Shown here one piece after another: positions 1 through 6,116 of a stretch of DNA of 32,000 nucleotides (positions are counted from its first letter, which is position 1; each line of letters starts with the position of its first letter). Below the pieces are notes generated by a model, which was not told the origin of the DNA, ran no database searches, and saw only the letters and a list, made by a program, of their open reading frames with translations. Source of the stretch: Candidatus Syntropharchaeum caldarium (lineage in GTDB: Archaea; Halobacteriota; Syntropharchaeia; Syntropharchaeales; Syntropharchaeaceae); assembly GCA_001766815.1 (NCBI GenBank), contig LYOS01000005.1, positions 14,168 to 46,167 of the forward strand, in the 5' to 3' direction. A program made the position numbers and the translations under genes.

Positions 1-53
1 TACACTACTCATTTTATCTCCTCAACCTTTGCTCTGAGATACTCTTCTCTTTT

Positions 54-64
54 AACTTAAAAAC
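54..64 (-). promoter_or_regulatory. TATA-like box (aacttaaaaac) upstream of a gene start at the left window edge
   Basis: The same 11-mer occurs at 6881-6891 upstream of a DUF104 antitoxin. On the minus strand it is followed by gaggagataaaATG, with the ATG at 12-10 and the ORF running off the window. Confidence 0.3.
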
Positions 65-178
65 ATTCTCACCTTTTACCCTTGATCCAACCCACTTCCC
101 CAAAATCTACACCAACGGCGGAAGCGAGATCTACTACCGCTGAAGCATCTTCACCCAAACCCCACCAGCCACAACGTT

Positions 179-326
179 CCCTGTAGGCTTTTCCAAAAGC
201 TTAACTTAGGCAAAAATTTCATCTGCGATAGGGCTATTCAGCTACAGTACACCCGAAGCCCACCACAAGCGTTATAACATACCACTAGAAAAGATCAGAT
301 TTTACGACAGAGGAGATCGTGTTATT
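179..326. repeat. Cassette-punctuating repeat, copy R1 (truncated mosaic)
   Basis: Begins ccctgtaggcttttccaaaagc plus gatagggctattcagc and ends with the core tttacgacagaggagatcgtgtt (301-323). It lies 24 bp from the vapC stop. Confidence 0.8.
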
Positions 327-349
327 GGGCACTTTTATAAGCCCCAATT

Positions 350-724
350 CTACTCAATAAACTCAACACCTTCAAGACCTTTAAAATGCTTATCGCTTGT
401 GACCACAATCGCACCCTCACTTCTGGCAGTCGCATATACTATAGCATCCGCCATTCCAAACTCATATATAAGGCTGAAATCAGCAGCCGTTATCGCCAGA
501 TTATCGTCCAACGAGATTATTCGTGTTCGCATCATCTGGGCATAGGCCTCAAGAGCCGCTTCTTCGTTCACTTCGTTTTTTATCTTCCTATAAACCTCAT
601 AGACCACTATCGCGGGCGTGATTGCACTTTCTTCATCTACTTCTTTGATATAGTCTGCATACTTATCAGAAAGCGGGCCATCAGCAAAGTATTCTATCCA
701 ACCGTATGAATCAATCAGAATCAA
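350..724 (-). CDS. vapC: PIN-domain ribonuclease toxin VapC
   Basis: 124-aa ORF with the PIN acidic residues visible (MILIDS, VVYEV, GMADAI, VTSDKHF). Its start overlaps the upstream antitoxin ORF by 4 nt. Confidence 0.9.
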   Translation of the reverse strand: MILIDSYGWIEYFADGPLSDKYADYIKEVDEESAITPAIVVYEVYRKIKNEVNEEAALEAYAQMMRTRIISLDDNLAITAADFSLIYEFGMADAIVYATARSEGAIVVTSDKHFKGLEGVEFIE

Positions 725-930
725 AAGCGATCACTCTCATCTCTAATATCGCGAGTTTGAACTCCCTTTGCAAAACCCTTCATCTCTTTTATTGGTAACT
801 GGGGTATGAGCGTTATGATCCCACCTTTCTCAATCATAACCAACTTTTCTTTCGGTTTCAGCCCTATCTTCTCTCTAATGCTTCTTGGGATCGCGATCTG
901 AAACTTTGATGAGACTGTAACAACGGCCAT
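721..930 (-). CDS. vapB: AbrB/SpoVT-family antitoxin (VapB-type)
   Basis: 69 aa with an N-terminal AbrB/MazE-like pattern (VSSKFQIAIPRSIREKIGLKPKEKL). Translationally coupled to vapC. Confidence 0.85.
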   Translation of the reverse strand: MAVVTVSSKFQIAIPRSIREKIGLKPKEKLVMIEKGGIITLIPQLPIKEMKGFAKGVQTRDIRDESDRF

Positions 931-964
931 CGATATTACCTCTGCTTTACTTTTTGTTCTCGAG

Positions 965-974
965 GGATAAAAGG
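965..974 (-). promoter_or_regulatory. TATA-like box (minus strand ccttttatcc) for the vapBC cassette
   Basis: A/T box about 40 nt upstream of the ATG at 930. Six other cassette starts in the array show 36-40 nt (47 nt at the left-edge start). Confidence 0.4.
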
Positions 975-1051
975 TTTACGCCTCATACTCACCCTTCCTT
1001 CCGCGCAATCATAACAACTGCTAACCGCACCTATTGCATAACTCAAGACCC

Positions 1052-1250
1052 ACGGTAGGCTTTTCCAAACGTCCATTTATCGACAGAACTATTCAGCCAA
1101 AAGCTGAATCTCTCGACCGAAGATGCCTTTAATAAAGGCATTGCCAAAATGGTCTGCCTTCGGCGGACCTCGATCAACCGCAGGTCGATCATTTGAGGAT
1201 AAACTTTGTGAAAGTTCATATTGGGTGTATGAGGCGTGCTTTACGCTTCA
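1052..1250. repeat. Cassette-punctuating repeat, copy R2 (variant hairpin set)
   Basis: Shares ggtaggcttttccaaa, attcagcc..gctgaat, gaccgaagatgcctttaataaaggcattgc and gtgtatgaggcgtgctttacgc with R3/R4. The middle is replaced by other hairpins, e.g. ggtctgccttcggcggacc at 1151-1169. Confidence 0.8.
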
Positions 1251-1697
1251 CACCCACCCCTCCCTCCACACCATCACTCCCACGCACACGCTCCCAACCC
1301 CATTCCCCACAACCCATGCAACCCCAACCCCAACGACCCCAAACATCGTCATGAACAGGTACCCCAATCCAACCACCAACCCAAAAACCAACCCGCTCAG
1401 CACCACCAGCTCTTTAACATCCTTCTGAATCCTCTTGATCGCAAAAAAAATCCGACTGAGCGAAGCGAATGTCGGATGCAGGGGTAGAGGGGGCGGCAGC
1501 CCCTCTCGACAAACAGACTCGCGACAACCATCACCCGCAGCACCCCAGCCCCGCCAGCCGCATACTCGGCACCGAGCACCCCTGAGCACCAGAGCCGCTG
1601 CCGGAACGAGCAGCGAGAAGATGACAATAAGCGACTTCACAACGGTTCTTTTGAGTGCATCGCCGTGGCTACCCTCAACGAAGAGCGTGACGTTCAA
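1248..1697 (-). CDS. Doubtful hypothetical ORF in a GC-rich patch
   Basis: 149-aa ORF with two hydrophobic stretches. Its C-terminal third is the reverse complement of repeat box A1, and a hairpin plus T8 signal lies inside it. Probably not a genuine full-length CDS. Confidence 0.15.
   Translation of the reverse strand: MNVTLFVEGSHGDALKRTVVKSLIVIFSLLVPAAALVLRGARCRVCGWRGWGAAGDGCRESVCREGLPPPLPLHPTFASLSRIFFAIKRIQKDVKELVVLSGLVFGLVVGLGYLFMTMFGVVGVGVAWVVGNGVGSVCVGVMVWREGWV
1251..1306. repeat. C-rich box (G-rich on the minus strand), copy A1
   Basis: cacccacccctccctccacaccatcactcccacgcacacgctcccaaccccattcc. Near-identical copies lie at 2564-2617 and 6903-6956. Confidence 0.85.
1443..1477 (-). terminator. 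Hairpin followed by a T8 run (minus strand)
   Basis: Minus strand reads atccgac-(14 nt)-gtcggat followed by tttttttt. Oligo-T is the archaeal termination signal, and this lies downstream of the PIN-like gene 1706-2332. Confidence 0.4.
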
Positions 1698-1705
1698 TTG
1701 TAGTT

Positions 1706-2332
1706 TCAGTCTCCAATAGTGCGCATAACACGCCGAACCACATTACCCGAATCAAAATGGACTTCAACACACTGTTCTTTCAATTCGTCTCTTATCTCTT
1801 GATGATCAAAATCTTCTTTGTCGGATGTATAAAAAATTACCGTGTCATAATCATTCCCATTTTTCGTAAAACTCAATATAGATTCATAAATCTGTCTATC
1901 GTTGTCTTTATATGGCGGAAGATTCGCTACATCTCTTATAAATGCCCTGTATGCTATATCGGAATTATGCGGTATTGAAATGCACAATGATTTAATATCT
2001 TCTGTTGATTCCAGTACGTCAAGCTTTTCTTTTGAAGATTCCATATACAATTGCTTCAATTTTTCTTTCACATCGTATAATCTATCTTTATGATATTCAG
2101 ACCTCATTAAATCGTTTAAAAAGAAGATGATCTCTTTCAATTTATCTTCTCTCCGTTTAAATCTCTCATCTATCCTACCTTTGACTTCAAAAAACGAAAA
2201 TTCAGGGATTGCGACGTCAATCTTATTTTCACTTGCCAAATCGAGAAGATATCCACAATTTCTATCCTGTGCAAGGATGATTGAGTAAATAAAATTTGTT
2301 TCACCAATCACGAGGAGTTTTGGATTTTTCAT
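1706..2332 (-). CDS. Atypical PIN-like nuclease with a helical insertion
   Basis: 208 aa. N-terminal strand LLVIGETNFI, then PEFSFFEV, DNDRQIYESI and C-terminal FYTSDKEDF match the order of PIN acidic motifs. Residues about 55-105 are a K/E-rich helical insert. Confidence 0.6.
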   Translation of the reverse strand: MKNPKLLVIGETNFIYSIILAQDRNCGYLLDLASENKIDVAIPEFSFFEVKGRIDERFKRREDKLKEIIFFLNDLMRSEYHKDRLYDVKEKLKQLYMESSKEKLDVLESTEDIKSLCISIPHNSDIAYRAFIRDVANLPPYKDNDRQIYESILSFTKNGNDYDTVIFYTSDKEDFDHQEIRDELKEQCVEVHFDSGNVVRRVMRTIGD

Positions 2333-2450
2333 GGGTTCTAACTCCTTTTAACTCCTCTAATAATTCAGGTATGTACTTCAGAGCACTGCCCCAAATTTTC
2401 TGGACTTTTTGGCTCTTAAAGGCTATGTCTTTCTTTGTCAGTTCTTCCAT
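2301..2450 (-). CDS. Small 49-aa ORF, putative partner (antitoxin-like) of the PIN-like gene
   Basis: Hand translation gives MEELTKKDIAFKSQKVQKIWGSALKYIPELLEELKGVRTHEKSKTPRDW. It overlaps the start of the 208-aa ORF by 32 nt, and a TATA-like box lies 38 nt upstream. Below the ORF-track size cutoff. Confidence 0.4.
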   Translation of the reverse strand: MEELTKKDIAFKSQKVQKIWGSALKYIPELLEELKGVRTHEKSKTPRDW

Positions 2451-2483
2451 TCTTTATCACCTACCAACAATTCATCGTCATGT

Positions 2484-2493
2484 TTTAAATATT
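2484..2493 (-). promoter_or_regulatory. TATA-like box (minus strand atatttaaaa)
   Basis: Centred about 38 nt upstream of the ATG at 2450. Confidence 0.35.
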
Positions 2494-2563
2494 GTTCGCT
2501 TGCATCCACGACCCATCAATGGAACCACCTCATCAGTGTCCTTGCCACATTCATCCACCTAAA

Positions 2564-2856
2564 CCCACCCCTCCCTCCACACCATCGCGCCCACGCACAC
2601 GCACCCAACCCCGTTCCCTGTAGGCTTTTTCCAAAAGCCCACCCTGCAAAAACCCCACCTACCGATAAAGCTATTCAGCCTTCGGCTGAACCGTTCGACC
2701 GCAGATGCCTTTTAATAAAGGCATTGCGAAAGGAGCACCTCTTTGAGGTGCTCAAGTCCAACCGAAGGTTGGACATGGGTGTGTGAGGCGTGCTTTACGC
2801 CTCATAAGAGATCGGAGTTTACGACAGAGGAGATTGTGTTATTATCGGTCATGGTT
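2564..2856. repeat. Cassette-punctuating repeat, copy R3 (full length: C-rich box A2, seven hairpins and the core)
   Basis: 2617-2856 is near-identical to 4365-4600. The core tttacgacagaggagattgtgtt lies at 2818-2840. The repeat end supplies the last codons and the stop of the DUF3368 ORF. Confidence 0.9.
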
Positions 2857-3336
2857 TAGATCCGTTTCACCAACGATCTTTCTGTATTCTTTTTCACCAA
2901 GTCTGAAGCCGACCGCCATGAGATCGTCGATCGTTCTCTTCAGATCGAGATTATTATCTTCTGCCGCCAGCAACAGCAGACCGATCGTTCCGGTAATCTT
3001 TAATCCAAGAGATCTGGCGATTCGTCTTCCGTCACCATCATCAATAATTAAAAGTGCTGCGTTTTCCTCCTTTGCAAGTACTATCGCCTCTGCTTCACCC
3101 CTGTCCAGCATCAAGCAGAGAGAGTCTACCGCAAGTTTATTCTCGACTTCTTTCACTTCTATCCATCCCGCAGATCTCACCTCGTCTGCGCCATATAGAT
3201 TCCCTCCTTGTGTTACCACTTCATCATAGACCGCTTGTGGAATACAAAGATCATCAAAGTAGGTCTTCAATAATTCAAACCTTCCAATTCTCGAAAGTGC
3301 AATGAGTGGTGTAGAGTTGCATACAACAGTCATCAT
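2842..3336 (-). CDS. DUF3368-family PIN-like toxin
   Basis: 164 aa. VVCNSTPLIALSRIGRFELL and LDRGEAEAIVLA are characteristic of the DUF3368/COG2405 PIN-like family. Overlaps the upstream UPF0175 ORF by 4 nt. Confidence 0.8.
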   Translation of the reverse strand: MMTVVCNSTPLIALSRIGRFELLKTYFDDLCIPQAVYDEVVTQGGNLYGADEVRSAGWIEVKEVENKLAVDSLCLMLDRGEAEAIVLAKEENAALLIIDDGDGRRIARSLGLKITGTIGLLLLAAEDNNLDLKRTIDDLMAVGFRLGEKEYRKIVGETDLNHDR

Positions 3337-3617
3337 CTGTCCAGTACTTCTTTCAGTGTTTTGAGGTCGTTTTCTGCATCTTTTGCTGTATAATTTATCG
3401 TAACGCCCTTTTCATTCAGTAGCATCAACATCTCCCATTTATTTCGTACGCCAGCGACTTCCGCAGCTTTTCCGAGGGATAGTTTACCTTCCCTGTAGAG
3501 TTCCACAGCTAATGCTCGCCTGATAAAGATATCAACCTCCGCCTCCCTGATCTTTGCCGCCGCCAAAAAAGAATCTGGTAGATTAACTTTTGCCTCGATT
3601 GTTCCCATCTGCCTCAC
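3333..3617 (-). CDS. UPF0175-family antitoxin
   Basis: 94 aa. AVELYREGKLSLGKAAEVAG is typical of UPF0175/COG2886, the known partner of DUF3368. The track start is a GTG at 3617; the ATG at 3608 is more likely. Confidence 0.8.
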   Translation of the reverse strand: MRQMGTIEAKVNLPDSFLAAAKIREAEVDIFIRRALAVELYREGKLSLGKAAEVAGVRNKWEMLMLLNEKGVTINYTAKDAENDLKTLKEVLDR

Positions 3618-3640
3618 CGTCGTTTAATATCTCACTCATA

Positions 3641-3650
3641 CATTATATAT
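3641..3650 (-). promoter_or_regulatory. TATA-like box (minus strand atatataatg)
   Basis: About 38 nt upstream of the ATG at 3608. It lies inside the nonsense tail of the FrhB-like fragment. Confidence 0.4.
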
Positions 3651-4253
3651 CCTTATGTGGCAAGTTCTATGATGGTTGCGGTGCGATATAACCCTATTAT
3701 CAACCCCTTCCTTCAACTTCTCGTTCACCTGCTGCGCCTTCCTGAGCCCGTGTATGTGACAGGGCAGCCCCACGACCGCAAACTTCTCCCCTTCTTTTGA
3801 ATTTAGAATCTCTTTTAGTGCTACATTCGCGGGCACAGGGCAGTACTTCGAGCCTCTCGCCTCGATGACCTCTTCTCTTGTTCGTGCAATGAACGGCTCT
3901 GGCTCTAAGGGGTTATCTTTTTTCATTCTTGTAACCAAAGCGCCATCTATTATTCCTTCTTCTAAAGCGAAGATCAAAAGTTGAGTAACAAGACCACCCG
4001 ATGAAGAATTATATCGGATATCGTAATCTGTAGAATATCCAATGTAACAATTAAGATAATTTCCGATCAGAATATCATCTGGCTCTTTCCCGAATATCTC
4101 AAGATTCAACTCTTTGAAATCGACCTCGTGACCAGGGCAGACTTTATAGCAGATTCCACAGTTGTTGCATTTTTCTTCGTTCAATTCAGGGACATAAACC
4201 CCTTTCTTCTCATCGATCACCATCTCTATCGCTTCATTCGGACACAGAGCGAG

Positions 4254-4307
4254 GCACGTCCCGCAGCCTGTGCAAAGGTTATCTTTTACGACCTGGGAGA
4301 TTGTGTG
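4254..4307. repeat. Segment of the FrhB-like 5' coding region duplicated at 5289-5342; contains the 23-nt core
   Basis: Manual alignment gives 48 of 54 identical positions with 5289-5342. 4285-4307 (tttacgacctgggagattgtgtg) matches the terminal core of R1, R3, R4 and R5. Confidence 0.85.
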
Positions 4308-4364
4308 ATCATTCATTCCATTATCCAATGAGGAAACGCTAACATTTAAATTCATCTCTCCTTC

Positions 4365-4600
4365 TACAGTAGGCTTTTCCAAAAGCCCACACGGCAAAAA
4401 GCCCACCTTCGGTAGGGCTATCCAGCCTTCGGCTGAACCGTTCGACCGAAGATGCCTTTAATAAAGGCATTGCGAAAGGAGCACCTCTTTGAGGTGCTCA
4501 AGTCCAACCGAAGGTTGGACATGGGTGTATGAGGCGTGCTTTACGCCTCATAAGAGATCGAAGTTTACGACAGAGGAGATTGTTTTGTCGGTCATAGTTT
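4365..4600. repeat. Cassette-punctuating repeat, copy R4 (reference copy; seven hairpins and the core)
   Basis: Hairpins: 4372-4387, 4401-4418, 4423-4435, 4452-4470, 4479-4499, 4502-4520, 4528-4552. Core at 4564-4586. Confidence 0.9.
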
Positions 4601-4629
4601 CCAGACGATCATCCAAAATTTTGGAAAAA

Positions 4630-5004
4630 TTATTTGACATATTCTACATTTTCCATGTATTCAAACTCTCGATCACCTGTAAGAAATTTTATTCGGTGTC
4701 TTTTCGCATATACATATCCAAGACAATCTATCAGCGAAAGATTCTTACTTTCTTTGTTGGTGAGCAATCTCAACTCGGATGCTTTAATGTAATCCCGATC
4801 TTCGGCATACGCTATTTCGATCTCGTCTCTCACCAACCTCAACATATCCATTGTATCGCTTCCGAAATCCCTGAATAAAGCATACGTAAGTTCAAAAATA
4901 TTGAATTCTGTGGTGATAAGTGATCTATCAGAATAATTTTTGTAACCTGAACTACCTTTCAAAATCTCAACCAAAGCGTATGTGTCCGCAAAAAATTCAG
5001 CCAT
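4630..5004 (-). CDS. vapC: PIN-domain toxin VapC
   Basis: 124 aa with FFADTYALVE, TEFNIFEL, SLIDCLGY and FLTGDREF. Overlaps the antitoxin ORF by 8 nt. Confidence 0.85.
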   Translation of the reverse strand: MAEFFADTYALVEILKGSSGYKNYSDRSLITTEFNIFELTYALFRDFGSDTMDMLRLVRDEIEIAYAEDRDYIKASELRLLTNKESKNLSLIDCLGYVYAKRHRIKFLTGDREFEYMENVEYVK

Positions 5005-5182
5005 GTATGTTCCTCAGCTCTTCTTTCAATCTTTGAGAATCTACTTTCCAGCCCTTAAGAATGCCAAACATTGCTTTTTTCTTCACCTCTAACTCTACTT
5101 CCTCACCCTCTTTCAAATCCAGTTTCTCAAGCGGCTTCAGGACATTGTTCTCATACACAGCTTTTATGATCATAGGCGACAC
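4997..5182 (-). CDS. DUF104 (AF2212-like) antitoxin
   Basis: MIIKAVYENNVLKPLEKLDLKEGEEVELEV is the family signature. The track start is a GTG at 5182; the ATG at 5173 is more likely. Confidence 0.8.
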   Translation of the reverse strand: MSPMIIKAVYENNVLKPLEKLDLKEGEEVELEVKKKAMFGILKGWKVDSQRLKEELRNIHG

Positions 5183-5206
5183 CTGTGAATAATTTGTGTT
5201 TGTAGG

Positions 5207-5214
5207 TTAAAAAG
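5207..5214 (-). promoter_or_regulatory. TATA-like box (minus strand ctttttaa)
   Basis: 37 nt upstream of the ATG at 5173. The same motif occurs at the same distance at 6071-6078. Confidence 0.4.
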
Positions 5215-5254
5215 ATGGCGATGGTAGGAAAGGCTCGCTAAAAAGAGTGATAGT

Positions 5255-5342
5255 CCTGTAGGATGTGGGCGTAAGATAAGCCTACAACGCACGTCCCGCA
5301 GCCTGTGCAGAGGTTGGAGTTTACGACCTGGGAGATTGTGTT
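5255..5342. repeat. Cassette-punctuating repeat, copy R5 (short chimeric copy)
   Basis: cctgtaggatgtgggcgtaagataagcctac followed by the 54-nt FrhB-like segment. It ends in the core tttacgacctgggagattgtgtt (5320-5342), 25 bp from the PIN stop. Confidence 0.8.
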
Positions 5343-5367
5343 GCTGAGGGGCAGGTTTATCATTTCC

Positions 5368-5850
5368 TCACATCTTTTCAAGAATATCTATAATTCCTTC
5401 AAGATCGATCTTTCTGATTAAAACAGAGCTAACACCAGCCTCTTCTGCATGAGAATGCATTTTTCCATCGTCCGTAAACAGTATCGCATCCTCTATCCTT
5501 GCCAATGCTATAAAATATGAATCGAATCCGGAACAGCCGGTCTCCGTGGCAATTCTCCATGCGATGTTGAAGAGAATAGCTTCATCAACAAGCTCATAAG
5601 AATTGAAAACTCCTTCAGAGATTCTCCTCGCAAGATCCTTATCACTGAGTCTTTTTGTTACTGCTGCTGTTTCAACAACGCAAACTTTTGGGATATAAGT
5701 TTCTACCTTCTTTTCTTCCAGTTTCTTAATGATTAATCTGCACTTTTCATGGGTTTCCAACTCTCTTTTATGTATTTTACTTGAGATGGATTTTGGTGGC
5801 TTAAAAATGCTCTTTATGATGACAGATGTGTCTAAAACAGATCTATTCAT
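5368..5850 (-). CDS. vapC: PIN-domain toxin (160 aa)
   Basis: SVLDTSVIIK, CVVETAAV, SGFDSYFIALA and LFTDDGKM. Overlaps the antitoxin ORF by 8 nt. Confidence 0.85.
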   Translation of the reverse strand: MNRSVLDTSVIIKSIFKPPKSISSKIHKRELETHEKCRLIIKKLEEKKVETYIPKVCVVETAAVTKRLSDKDLARRISEGVFNSYELVDEAILFNIAWRIATETGCSGFDSYFIALARIEDAILFTDDGKMHSHAEEAGVSSVLIRKIDLEGIIDILEKM

Positions 5851-6046
5851 AATAATTCCTAATCCGCATATCCTCTAAAACTTTGTCTATATCCACCTTT
5901 GCTTCCAGTTCTCCCAGTTCATCAAGCAATTTGCTAAAACTTCCTTTGATTGTTATTCGCACTTCTGTTTTTTCTGGCAAATCCAGTTTCTCAAGCGGCT
6001 TCAGGACATTATCCTCATACACAGCTTTTATGATCATACGAGACAC
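5843..6046 (-). CDS. DUF104 (AF2212-like) antitoxin
   Basis: MIIKAVYEDNVLKPLEKLDLPEKTEVRITI. Likely ATG at 6037 (track GTG at 6046). Confidence 0.8.
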   Translation of the reverse strand: MSRMIIKAVYEDNVLKPLEKLDLPEKTEVRITIKGSFSKLLDELGELEAKVDIDKVLEDMRIRNYYE

Positions 6047-6070
6047 CTGTGGATAATTTGTGATTGAAGG

Positions 6071-6078
6071 TTAAAAAG
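6071..6078 (-). promoter_or_regulatory. TATA-like box (minus strand ctttttaa)
   Basis: 37 nt upstream of the ATG at 6037; paralogous to 5207-5214. Confidence 0.4.
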
Positions 6079-6116
6079 ATGGCGATGGTGGGGAAGGTTC
6101 GCTCAAAGATCGATAG

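Larger units (their letters stand above)
3636..4358 (-). pseudogene. Truncated F420 hydrogenase/dehydrogenase beta-subunit (FrhB/FdhB)-family gene with an N-terminal 2x[4Fe-4S] ferredoxin domain
   Basis: CTGCGTCLALCP and CNNCGICYKVCPG, followed by SSSGGLVTQL...VVGLPCHIHGL. Homology stops at about residue 225. The tail VDNRVISHRNHHRTCH looks like nonsense, whereas another frame reads GLIIGLYRTATIIELAT*. About 150 aa of the C-terminal domain is missing. The first 16 track codons (to 4406) are repeat sequence. Confidence 0.7.

Noticed and set aside
386-709. 107-aa plus-strand ORF antisense to vapC
   Set aside because: It is a shadow ORF inside a well-supported PIN gene, with no recognisable motifs.
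1123-1487. Plus-strand ORFs (1123-1428 and 1236-1487) encoding Pro/His/Thr-rich peptides
   Set aside because: They are translations of the repeat hairpins and the C-rich box. The same low-complexity 'protein' recurs wherever the repeat recurs (2409-2786, 4489-4878, 6126-6446), always without a start context.
2564-2856. Classical integron attC site (R''-L''...L'-R' with GTTRRRY)
   Set aside because: A GTTGGGT heptamer can be found on the minus strand of the C-rich box. However, the elements are much longer than attC sites, contain seven independent hairpins rather than one imperfect hairpin, and I see no matching RYYYAAC partner or IntI gene. I keep only the weaker description 'integron-like'.
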